Assembly (NCBI RefSeq): GCF_964355755.1
Contig: NC_092675.1
Coordinates: 28,802,912-28,866,911, forward strand
Length of the DNA stretch: 64,000 nucleotides
Direction: 5' to 3'
From: Antedon mediterranea
Taxonomy: Eukaryota; Animalia; Echinodermata
The notes under the pieces are model-generated. The model was not told the origin of the DNA, did not search any database, and was given only the letters and a program-made list of their open reading frames with translations. This document shows positions 1-11,807 of the stretch, one piece after another. The stretch's first letter is position 1; every line of letters begins with the position of its first letter. The position numbers and the translations under genes were made by a program.

Positions 1-710
1 TCGTGTGGCCATACGTCATAACGTCCGAGAGGTAAAGATTCTGCATGAATTCATATCTACAATTTATCTTCTTGCATAATAAGTTAAAAAAATTGGGGGT
101 CACCTTCGATCCTGAAGAGCTACAATAGATTAAAAATAGGCATAATTTTGACAATATTTTGTAACTTTTCAACTATGACATCATTTTAATTTGAAATGAT
201 GTCAATCTTTTTTAAAATGACTTGGAAAGGCTGTAAAATCATAATTCAAGAGAAGAAAACATGATTTTCATGCTCCGTGCGCACCTTACGCGTGGGAATT
301 TTTGACATGCTCAAAATGTCATGATCAGCGTAGAAAGTTGATTAGAAATTAATTTTGCGCATTTTGAAACTTTAAATGCGTGTGTGCAGGTAACTTCTTG
401 TGAAACAATTTTCACCACGTATCAATAAAAAATGACTTTTGGTTTATAATCAATGATCAATCATTTAAATTCATAAAATCGCGCGTAACTCACGCTGCGC
501 GACTCTAACGTCATATAACGAAGTTTCTTGCACATCTACAGCTACAGGTCAATCTTTTGACAAAGTTATACAAAGTTACGTTCACAAGCAATAGGGGATA
601 TGCGACACACAAAAATCCGGGAAAGAAAGAAGAATAATAACAAAGAAGATGAAAAAAAAGATATTTACAATCACATGGGTTATCCTGCAACTAAGTTGCG
701 GATAACCAAT
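1..710 (+). mobile_element. 3' portion of a non-autonomous element ending in a stem-loop (Helentron/HINE-like)
   Basis: CpG-richer body, GAA/TAA-rich low-complexity tract, then hairpin GGTTATCC(T)GCAAC-taa-GTTGCGGATAACC at 678-707 followed by A-rich sequence. Class is inferred from architecture only. Confidence 0.45.
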
Positions 711-933
711 AAAACAATGTGAATACTTAGTAGAAGTCCAATGAGGAGGACATCAACTATTGGTCAGTCTGACCACTTAACTGTACATAAAGTCAAACGA
801 TATTCTACACTTACACAAAATCACCTAAATATTGTTACATTATCGTTTTTTTTAATTTGGGAAATTGCGGGACATAAAGTTTGTATAAAGAAACCAGAAA
901 AAGGTGATTCTGAAATGTGTGAAAGGGGTCTAA

Positions 934-1095
934 AGCTCTGTCTATACTATCAAACGTTATGTGACAAAAAATGTGATGTGATCATATAGATATGATGATG
1001 TCATATCAATACCATATTTAAGCATATCACTACCATATTTAGGCACATCACACTATTTTTGGTTTTTTTTCAAGTTCGATATTGTGGACAGAGCT
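934..1095. mobile_element. MITE family A (about 160 bp, PIF/Harbinger-like)
   Basis: TIR AGCTCTGTCTACACTATCAAAC with TAA/TTA flanks and internal CACTACCATATTTGGGCA repeats. About 14 copies in the window. Confidence 0.85.
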
Positions 1096-1255
1096 TTAGA
1101 GAAGTAATGTGAAAACAACTTTAAACAAATCTAGTTTTTATGTTTTAACTTGTACTATCACTGTACTATATCAATAATATTCTGTATGTTTATAATATCT
1201 TAGTAACTGGTCATTACCACGTACAAACATCTGGACAATCTTATCATCAACTTAC

Positions 1256-1366
1256 CCCTAATGTACAACATTGCTTTCTCTGAAAACAACGTTCCAGCAG
1301 AATTACGTGCATAACACTCGTAACTACCCGCATCATCTAAGGTTGACACGGTAATTTGCATCTGAC
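1256..1366 (-). CDS. Lar: LAR-family RPTP exon, C-terminal part of Ig domain 2 (111 nt, phase 1-1); gene continues beyond the window start
   Basis: Acceptor ctttaaccttttag, donor G|gtaagt. QMQITVSTLDDAGSYECYARNSAGTLFSEKAMLYIR matches LAR [36 protein letters not shown]. Confidence 0.93.
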
Positions 1367-4203
1367 CTAAAAGGTTAAAGGTCAAAAGTGAAATGATTAG
1401 AAAGAAAAAGTTAGAAACATAAATATACTATGTTATAAGCCTAAGTATGCTATGTATGTAGAAATCTAGTATCGGTACAAATACATAGATAAAACCAGAG
1501 TAACCATGAATTATGAGTTTGAATGCCTAATAAATTTAATATTAAATTTTGATATTGTCTACTATACTTGAATACCTAATCAGCAACTACTCAGGCTACT
1601 CTACCTAATAAACAAATTTAATTACCGTGCAATGCAACTATAAAGCCCATATCTACCTTATTACTACCTAAAATATGTAGCCTACATCAAACTGTAAAAA
1701 GAGAATTCCCAGTCTCAATGTGCCAAAATTAGTCCCCAAAAAAATTGCTCCTCATCGAAACCGCATGCTATAGATGACAAAATGTCAGCTATCACTACCA
1801 ACAAATTTACCCTACTGCTAAGAAGAGATGAAGCTTCACTTAATACAACCGGCATTCAAATACAACAACATATGTAATTCCAACATCCAAAACAAACACT
1901 TATACAATAATTATAAGACAGAATAAACAGGTTACAAATGATAAATATTGTGAATGCAAATTAATATTGAAAATTGGATAACTGGCAGGAAGACATGTTA
2001 ATGCATTACCGAATAAAAAAGAAAATATTCTGGTAAGACAAAAAAAGAAATAACCAAAAGAAAATAACAACCAATGTATTAACATTTAAAATGAATATAA
2101 AAATCAACAAAAACCTGTTTAAATACTGCCCTCAACTTAGGCAAAACCCAAAAATGTTTTAGTAAACACGCACGATTGAAAACATTATGTTAAATTTTGA
2201 AAGGTACAACTATAATTAAAAAGTTATTTTCTGTATCTTTATTAAATATCATTTTTTTTTTTTTTTTTTTTTTTCTAATTTTATTTGATTTAACTAATTA
2301 CTTGTATTAGAAATTCTATTTGAGAATAATTAAAATAAATTTCTTGTCTTTTCTTTTAAATATTCAGACAAACTGGTAAGGATAACCAAAGCGAATTCAT
2401 TCACAATCCTTGTCCACGTGACAAATATTGGACAAGATTGTACCGAAAACAATCTACAGCATTTTAAAGTAATTAATTTTCAGAATTAACATTACTTTTC
2501 CGGTTTATAGATAAAACTAGAAGTTGTCTTTATCATCAGTAATATAATATTAATTTATGGAGTGTTTAACATTCTTGCTGAACATCCTAGACTTACATAA
2601 TTTATGCGATCAAATTAGACACGATGACGTCGGGTCAATAAACCATCTGAATTCATTCCTTACTTAATCACGGTTAAAAAGCTTCAGAATTTGTTACTTT
2701 TTACGTAAGATTTATTCATGGCTATTACGTATGCGAGTTCTTAGTTTAATACTTTAGAATATTTAAACGTAAGAAGTCGATTGAGAAAAAGAGATTGCTG
2801 TATAAAATTAACAAAATTACAAAATTGCTATTAATATTTAATGTAATTATCATCATATTAACTGTACCCAATTTTATATCATATGTTGAGAAACATTTTG
2901 AAAATAAAATGAAAAATGTTATAAATAAAATAAAAAAGCAAACAAATACAATTACTGAAAAATATACATTTATCTAAAAACAGATATGGAAATAACTACA
3001 ACAAAATAAAAACTATAATATAGTAATCTATAACAATAACATACAGTACAAGTAGTTGCAAAGGACAGAAATGATTCGCTGTACAACATGGTTATATTTA
3101 TATAAAAACACAACATAGATTTTTAACATGCATTATTCTAGTAAAGTATAGATAGTAGTAGAATAATAGATTTAGTAAAAGAAGAAAATAAATGTTATGA
3201 AGATATTAGAATATGAAAATTGCAAAGTTATTAGTTAGTTGGCGTATAGATATTGTAATAATATGGAGTTACTAAAATCTAGATGAAAAATAACTATAAA
3301 ACCATAATTTATTCAAAACCAGATAAATCTATAATCGCAAATTGAATTTAAACAAATTCCTAAATTTAGTACATCCTACTACTGTACACCCGCACAAATT
3401 CGCACGTACACGTCCGTTCCCACGCTGAGTGCACAAACATGCACATGGTCCAACGTATCTTTAATCATATAGATCGACACGTGCTAACACGACAATCCTC
3501 GCATGCACATACCCACACATAATGCTTCAATCTTAAAACCATAAATTATTAATTCCAAACAAAATTTGCTTATAGATACATGATAAACTTTCACTGTATA
3601 TCTACATTCAAATATTTTCTAAGCTAATAGGTCATTTTATGAATATTCAATTACCAATTGGTGGAGAGGTAAAACATAATTTTTAAAATCATTCTCCTAA
3701 GTAAACATGCTATCATCATTTTTCAAAATGCTTTTTCTTATTTCCAAAATAACTATTTCCATAACTTAATATAAGATGATCCTCATTCCAAATAAATTGT
3801 GTAAAAACCATGAACCATGAAATTTAGAATAAAAGTAACACAAAACTAAATTTTCAAAGGTGCGGTTAAAATTTGACAAAAAAATAAGCCAAAGTGCAAA
3901 GCTAAATGAAATATACTGTACATATATAAATAGTATTACGGTATACTGTATAATATAAGAGAAACTTTTCTCACTATTGATTATATAACACAAATATTAA
4001 AAGATTGAAAAGAGTGTCTTCCTCATAAAAACAACTAAAAACGAACGAATGCATTGAGAGGGGGGTTAATAAAGCATTCAGTTATGTTTGCCAAATAATG
4101 TCAGAAAGAAAGATGGTGCAGATTTAATAATACAATGAAATGCAAGTGTGTTTCACCATTTTCTCTTGTTAAATTTAAGGCCTACTCTTGTCTTACCACT
4201 CAC

Positions 4204-4266
4204 TTGAGTCAGTTATAGATGAATTGGCAACAACGCTGCTGCCACTGACGTTAGCAGACATACTGG
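4204..4266 (-). CDS. Lar: Candidate 63-nt alternative exon at the meA site (SMSANVSGSSVVANSSITDS)
   Basis: GC-richer island in an AT-rich intron. NAGNAG acceptor (gag/cag), donor CAA|gtgagt, phase 1-1, open frame. Confidence 0.6.
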
Positions 4267-6102
4267 CTGCTCGATTTGAATAGACAATGGGTGTAAAAAA
4301 AATACATTTAAAAAATAAACTGAATCAGAAAATTGTCCTTTTTTTTAAATCGCTTCAAATAGAGTGTGGTAAGAAAAAGATAAGACTTAGAAACAAAGAA
4401 TTTCAAAATAAAAAAAAAACAAAAACGGATAGAATAGGCAAACATAGTTCTACATTACACATGGACGCCATTAACGTAGACAGTACATTTCATAACATCG
4501 TACAGTCATCATAAACTAGCATCAAATTATTTCAAATGATTTGTTTCATTTGACCATTCAACATTCGCTGTTCTTATCTGGGTTAAAAAATTCACCCACT
4601 ATGCTCAGAGGGGCAGTATAATCTTAATAGAAATGCATAATAAATGCAAGATAAATTAAAGGTAATATTATGAAAACAAGTTTTTTTTTCACTATTGCAT
4701 GGACAGAAGCTTCTATTTAAGCTTTTTGAAAATACAATTCTGAAAAACGAAAAAAAAAAAGGGTTTGAAAAGCCGCTTCAGCTATAAAATTGTAATGGTA
4801 CTACCAAAACAAGTTATTCAATTCGTTTGTACCATTCAGGTCAAGGTACTTAGGAATCTGATTTGTTGAAGAATCATCTGGTAAAATCAAAACAATTATT
4901 TGGTTATATAAAGTTTTGTAAAAACCCCATTTTTTCGTTTCGATTCACAATCAATTTAAAAGTAAAACTCACTGTCATCCAATAATTATCATAAAAAAGC
5001 AGTTTATCTTGGTTCATCCAGATGAATTTAGAAAGAAATCAGAAGGGTTTCGGTATAGGTATTCTAAATTGGTTTGGTAAAACCATGGAGCTATAAATTC
5101 CATGGTAAAACTGTGTGGCGAGTTATACATAGCCATAATTATATTGAAGGCATTGTTTTGGTAAATATACCATATATATTCATACTTATAAGATTATACT
5201 GCCTTTTCCAAACATGCTTGATTTGTTTTCATAACATGACTAACGATAAGATAGGATAGCTTGTATAAAATGAGACAAAATCCTTAAAACTAATCAAGTT
5301 TTAGGAAACAAGCATATTCCAATTGCAATCAAGCAAGATCACATGCAATTTGTATCTTCTGCATTAAACAAAGTAAGTGTACTACAGTAATCTTTATTAA
5401 AGAATTTGTTAAATTCCGTAATCCCATCTTATTAAAATATTTTAAGTAGAAAAAATGAAGTTCCAAGAATCACCGAATTGGTGGTAGATCTTTGTTCCAC
5501 AGAAGATAATCATTGTTTTATAGCCAAACGAACATGAACTGAACTTTGACATCTGATCTTTTTTTATTTTTTTTTAACAAACTATTAGTATTATAATTCT
5601 GTCCCGATAAAAATGGAGATATTCCAGAATGCAGAATTGTTAAAAATATAATTCAGTTTTATCGTACAATTCATGTTCGGCAGACTATATGTTGGGAATA
5701 GCTAAAAATTAACATATTTCTTAAACCTGAACTCAACCCAGATTTTAAAAGAGGAGACGTATCGAGGAGGCAAATATTGTCAACCAGATTACATGCAACA
5801 AGGTAAGCTATAAACCTGACAACATCATGTGGATTATTAAATGAAAACAATATTTTAAATTTATACTTTCCTTTTCTCCTTTTAAATTGTGGAGAACAAA
5901 TTAACTAAAATGTTTTCGGAATATATCTACGTGTTTATATTTCTATAAAATCCACAGTGATGATCATGATGTAAAGCTTCACCTTATTTTTCAAACCACA
6001 AATTGAATTTCTCATATCAACAATCAACACTAAATGCTCCACAATCTGCATCCTTTTTTAACATAATTAGGGTTGCTAGGAAACAGAAACGGGACATTTT
6101 AC

Positions 6103-6117
6103 CTGTAAACCCAGTGT
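6103..6117 (-). CDS. Lar: Candidate 15-nt alternative microexon at the meA site of Ig2 (adds NTGFT)
   Basis: About 55-nt pyrimidine-rich tract ending ttattccag, branch-point-like CAACTAAC at 6177-6184, exon ACACTGGGTTTACAG, donor CAG|gtaaaa. Phase 1-1, no stop. Inclusion restores the conserved Gly before QMQI. Confidence 0.75.
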
Positions 6118-7649
6118 CTGGAATAATAAACAATACACAAAACAAATGAGAGATGAAGGGAAAATATGGAAAAGGTGTTAGTTGACAATTAAATTAGATG
6201 AAGTTAATAAGCTACTTAATGTTACCACTGTACATGACGGATGCCAAGATCAATGCATGTCAAAACTATTTTTCGTTTTATAACGTTTTTGTTTTGACTG
6301 TATTGACCTGGCAACATAGGCATGAGCAGTTTCAAATATTACAATTTATTTAATATAATTAATTTTATTACACTATCTACTAACTACTTTTAGGAAACAA
6401 CTACAGTACAACAATAACATTACAACAAATTAACATGAACTAATGTTGTTAAAATCTATTATAATTATGAAAAAAAGAAGTTTTAGTAAACAATTAAAAA
6501 GATGAAGTTAACAAACATTTTAACCTTGTATTTTCATTTCTTTTAAAATTTAGAATTTGATATTTTCATAATAAATTTCGGCAAGCTGTGATAAAAGCTC
6601 AGTGAACGATACTAATTTCCATTGTATACAATCCATACATCTATGAAAATGTATAATTGATTATATTTATTTTATTATTTTGAGACGAACAGAGCGTAAA
6701 ATCTATCTTGTTTTGATAGCAAACTACAGAATATTATTCTATTGATATAGTTAACAAAATCTGTTCTCAAATTTCATTATATAAATTTGTTAAAGTTCTT
6801 AAACTGTTTTGTACAGGCTAAATTTGTTCAAATTGCAAAATTGTTTTTATACCAAATGCCTTTTTAGAGAATTTTCATCATATTTTATATTTATAGAAAT
6901 TAAAACAAATGTTTCTACAAAATTATAAGAATTTTACTTTTAGCCAAAACAAATGTAAATAAATCGATACAGGTGTTAAAGAAACAGACTTCAAACAAAT
7001 TCAACGTACAAAACAAATTAACAGTGATCGTCAGAAGTTGAAAGGAAAAACATATATTTATTATTAGGTCTAGTCAATTGTTACAGAGGTATATCCATCC
7101 ATCCATCCAAAATGATAGATACTTTTAGCTGGGAGTAAAATTAATAAGATTATTAATAACCAACCCGAAGCACACATGATATTAATTTATTTGAATAAAA
7201 AAACCTTTTATGCAACTTTAAATTGTTAGAAAATGAATTACCAATTTAAAAAACGTCAGACACAATACATTTTATTTCCATTTGGTTTTGGTAAATCACA
7301 GAAATTTATTGAATTACCAAAAATGTTCAAAATCATTTTACATTTTTTTAAAAAGGAAATAATGTTTAAAAAAAATATTATGGCAAAAAGCCAGGCTATG
7401 AAATATTGCAAATTTGATGATTAAAAACACATCCCACTAACCCCTATTGGATTTACTAATAAAATAGGAAAGTTTTTCATTAGGAAAAGCGGAAATTGGC
7501 ATATAAAAATCTATGACAAATTTTCACATACTATAAGCATCTATGTCGCTAAATTGTTAAAAGCATCTAAAAATTTATAATATTTTAAGCTGAAGAAAAA
7601 CATGTTATTAACCCAAATGAATAAAAGTATGATAATAATTTGTACGTAC

Positions 7650-7829
7650 TATTTGTAATGCTGATTCGGGGGTCCATTATGTTCAATGGTGCATCGTCCT
7701 TCAGCCAGAAGATTTCAGGAGATGGATTACCAATTGCGGAGCAATCCATGGTTGCTTGCCGACCAAGTTCAATGACCCTCAGTTCAGGACTAACGGTAAT
7801 CTCCGGGAAACCAGAAGGAAGAGCTGTGT
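7650..7829 (-). CDS. Lar: LAR-family RPTP exon, N-terminal part of Ig domain 2 (180 nt, phase 1-1)
   Basis: Acceptor gtttatttcag, donor A|gtacgt. DTALPSGFPEITVSPELRVIELGRQATMDCSAIGNPSPEIFWLKD matches LAR [44 protein letters not shown]. Confidence 0.93.
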
Positions 7830-9385
7830 CTGAAATAAACAATTTAAAATATATATTATATTTACAGTATCACTTAGATTAAAATGTTGAATAAGCTAAT
7901 TTATAAAAAAAAACAGAGAACTTATTCAGAACGTTTTGATCTCTACCAAAGATCTTTTTTAACTAATTGATTTGTGGTGAGCAGTCTGGTCATTGAATTA
8001 GCTTTTAAATGTTTAAATGTTATCATCAATAAAACCTATATACATATAATACAATACTATTGCATAGTCATGCGAATAGTATTAACTGAATCACAATCTT
8101 TGGATGTTTTCACCCTACACAAACTATCACTCAAACTTTGACTGTATCCGTTTACATAATCCAACCTTTTAAAAGTCTGGGAAAACCCTTTTAATTTTAA
8201 GTACCGACACTTGAAAACGCAAAAAGATTTCTCTTAGAAACTTAAAGTATTTCGTCAATAATATCTAAGAACGGTCAAAGAAGAATATAAATGTTTTCAT
8301 GAAGGACATAAACATATTGGTCAAACTAAAAATATTTTGGAATAAAAAACACAATAATTTGGTCAAATAAGTTTTTTTTTAAACAAAATGTTTTATAAGA
8401 AAATATAAACGATGAAGAAAAAATGTCTGACCATCAAAAACAAATGTTACTGAAAAAATAATTTGTAAAAATGTTTTTGTTTAATATGCCATTTTAATAT
8501 CACACAATAATCCAACATGGGAAAATGTTTTCCCTATATTTAGGTGTAATTTTTATTTTTGTTATCAACAATCTGAATTTTATGACTGATGTGTTTTCTT
8601 CTATTTTTGTCACGTCTTCATATTTTAAGTGTTTTATATTTGTTGTCTCGTTTTGCCCTGCTTGGTCCTCCAAGCTGTCACCAGATTTTTATTTTTATTG
8701 TATTTTAATTTTATTTGATTGACTAGAAGACTATGTTTTGGTTTAATTTTACTGTTTATTGTGTCTTTTTATAAGCATAATTTGTTTTTTTTTCTATGGA
8801 AGTGATTAGCTTTATTAAAACTATGAAATGGCCTATTCAAAGTCTTTTTTTATTAATCTTCATTTTTTAGGTTTTTGGAAGATAATAAATCTTTAAATAG
8901 TACCTTTTTTTAGTGAAAAGTAAAAGAAAATAGGCCCTAATAGAAACTAAGACCCACACACGAAGAACATGTGCAGCTTAACCAGAAACAATCCCAGCAG
9001 ATTTGGATACATCCCCTGGGACAATTCAAACAAAAGACACTTTTTATAAACACAGGATATTGATCATCTACCATTATAAAGAAGAACGTTTTTCTCGTCG
9101 CCAAGGGATCAGTTTCTGGAGATTTATAAAATAATGGTTTGAAAAAGTAGAAACATTTGGTACCAATCGGACGGTAAATGCAATTGTGAATACTAGATCA
9201 TCAATTAGAACCTGTCAAAGACGGACACCAGTCAACATCTGGTAAGGGTACGATGAGGGTAAATGAAGTCACAGGGGAATTGTTTGGCACTGATGCTGCA
9301 CATATACGGATCACTTCCTATCAATGCCAATAAATGCATTTTAAGCCAAAACATTTCTTGTGTTGCATAGTTTAACCATCCCTAA

Positions 9386-9546
9386 AGCTCTGTCTACACT
9401 ATCAAACCTTATGTGAAAGAAAATGTGATGTGCCCATATATGGACATGATGATGTCATCTCACTACCATATTTGGGCATATCACTACCACATTTGGGCAT
9501 ATTACACTTATTTTTGTCAAACTAGTTTGATAGTGTAGACAGAGCT
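9386..9546. mobile_element. MITE family A, intact copy with TAA target-site duplication
   Basis: taa-AGCTCTGTCTACACTATCAAAC ... GTTTGATAGTGTAGACAGAGCT-taa. Confidence 0.9.
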
Positions 9547-10450
9547 TAAATAACCTACTTAACGATAAATGTGGATTAATGTGCGGACGATCTTTAGGTT
9601 GCCATACGGTACAATGCAACATATGCAGCAAGTTTCAATGTCTCTTCATAATGACATAAGATAACTCGGGCTAAAAAGCATTATAACCTTACACAATTAA
9701 TCAATGCTATCCCACGAGATTAATAATCGGTAGTAATTAATAACACAGATAAATATTGATGACAAATGATAGTAATAACATTTCCTAACACTTTCAACTT
9801 GAGCCAGTTATTTTTCATCAAAAGTTGGCATGTTTTCACTTCGATAAGGAGGTATGGCTGGGTCTTGTATAATTTCCTACAGATTTGAAGTCATGGGAAG
9901 TTATGGCAGTTATCAAATTTTCCTGTAATTGCTTATTTGCTGACATGCTCTGTTGTATCCAATCAGAACAGAGTATGCTGTATAGTATGTAATCTTTATA
10001 TCTTATCCATGTGAGCTTCGTTCTATTTTTCGTGGAGTATTAGTATACCATCTTTATGACTTGAAGGTAGAGTACAAGATAAAATGTGCATATGATGTTT
10101 TGTCTTTTGTCGGCTTGTCCAATTTGTACTGATATACGCTATTATAATATACATTTATGTGCATATTATTATCTTAATATAATTTCAATTGTATTTGTTG
10201 ATAAACCATATAAATTGAGGTTTACATTTACCATTTTTTTCTTTAAAGTTGTACCATATAGGATGTAAGACATTGATTAATGATATACAATAAATGAGTC
10301 GGGCAAGTTCCGACCGCTTTAGGCTCTATTTGCATGAAGACGGTTCTGGTGACAAGCGTAATGTTGTTTCTGCAAGCATGAGACTGAGAGGTTTTCACCT
10401 CTGTCGTGACAGAGAGAGACCTGGTGACAAGTTTGTAATGGTTTTATAGG

Positions 10451-10576
10451 ATACAATGTTTTCACCTCTACTGAGGCCTGATGAAATGTTTGATGTTAAC
10501 TACAGGCATACAATATTTTCACTTCTACTGAGACCTGATGAAATGTTTGATGTTGGCTACAGGCATACAATATTTT
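10451..10576. repeat. 57-bp tandem duplication (about 2.2 copies)
   Basis: atacaat..ttcac.tctactgag.cctgatgaaatgtttgatgtt restarts at 10451, 10508, 10565. Confidence 0.85.
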
Positions 10577-11204
10577 TAACTTTGCTGCTTGGAGTTTGCC
10601 ATTGTCAGCACGACAAAGCTGATCTTGAACTCTAGCAACATATGCTTTGCAAAATGATTTATAATGTATGCGAAGGAGATACGACATTTGGTCTCAACAG
10701 ATGCTCTTCCTCCTGTACAAGACACTAAATAAAAGTAGCGTTTTTACGTCAAGTCCATTTCCCCCTTTTTCTTGCTTTCTCTTTAAGGATGTAGATCTCA
10801 TAATACTTAGCGTCACTTTTTTTCGCCTGATTCTAAAGAAGTCATTGATAGAATTTATGAGTAGACTACAATCATATCATCACTTGTGAAACATGAAGCG
10901 GAGGCAGCATAAGAAATAAATTACAAAAAAACATTAACATGGTAATGTCGATTTTGTTATTTTCATTAAAAATTATAAACGACCACATGCCATGTGTGGG
11001 TGTTGCAATTCTATCATTTATTTCCTTTCAAACATTTGTTTGCATTTTACGAGATTTTTCCCATTTTTTTTCATTATTCCATATTAAGATTATTTTCACA
11101 AGGAACGAACGTTCCACTTACTGACCTGTATTTAACGTGAATTACAGAATTTCCTTTTTCTTATACCAATCAATTAAATACTAACTTTTAATAATAAACA
11201 TCTT

Positions 11205-11365
11205 AAAATGATGATAGTTGTGTGTTGGGACGCTCCCACTTGAGGGCAGGGTTCATGGATTATACAACTATCTGATAGGGATGTTTAATAAAATTGTATA
11301 TTATTGTTGTAGCTTTTTCTCAGAGAGAATAGACCAATGTTGGTTTATCCAGGTAAGCTAGGCAC
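11205..11365 (+). repeat. Dispersed repeat family B (unclassified; ends hairpin-GTTTATCCAGGTAAGCTAGGCAC)
   Basis: Other copies at about 14085-14143, 41938-42100 (reverse), 46580-46629, 49497-49550, 51466-51578, 55927-55981. Confidence 0.8.
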
Positions 11366-11731
11366 AAAATAGACATTTCTTTCTCATAAGATGATTTAAA
11401 ATTGTAATATTTTAAAAAAACGTTGAAAAATTCATATAACACAAATCACATCCATCACCTAAGATTATATTCATTACTACCTACAGTCTAGACTCCAAGA
11501 TGCAGGTGTAATCTGACCTTTTGGGTCACAAGATTTGATAGGATATCTACAGTAATTTGTATGGGATCTTTTATTTTTTGTACTTAGTGGAAATGGGATG
11601 CTTAGATTTATAATTCAAATATAATTGTATGTTGAGATACTGGACAGGTGCAGTAATTTTTGTTTCTAGCAATAACAATTTTAAAAGACAAACTACTATT
11701 AAGCAAGTAAATCCAATTACATCATTCTCTA

Positions 11732-11807
11732 TACAAAATTTGCCTATGACGGTGGACATTTTATACAGTACTGTATAAAATGTCCACCGTCATAGGCAAA
11801 TTTTGTA
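11732..11807. repeat. Perfect 76-bp spacerless palindrome
   Basis: Two exact 38-bp arms centred between 11769 and 11770 (TACAGT|ACTGTA). Confidence 0.95.

Noticed and set aside
815-824. Possible meB-type microexon after Ig2 (GTGATTTTGT|gtaagt)
   Set aside because: 10 nt, frame-shifting, poor pyrimidine tract. A true meB may lie outside the window.
1626-1637. 12-nt in-frame microexon candidate
   Set aside because: Acceptor lacks a pyrimidine tract and has nearby upstream AGs; likely chance.
4973-5007. 35-nt exon candidate with gtgagt donor
   Set aside because: Weak AAG acceptor and frame-shifting.
7640-7882. Plus-strand 80-aa ORF
   Set aside because: Antisense shadow of the Ig2 exon.
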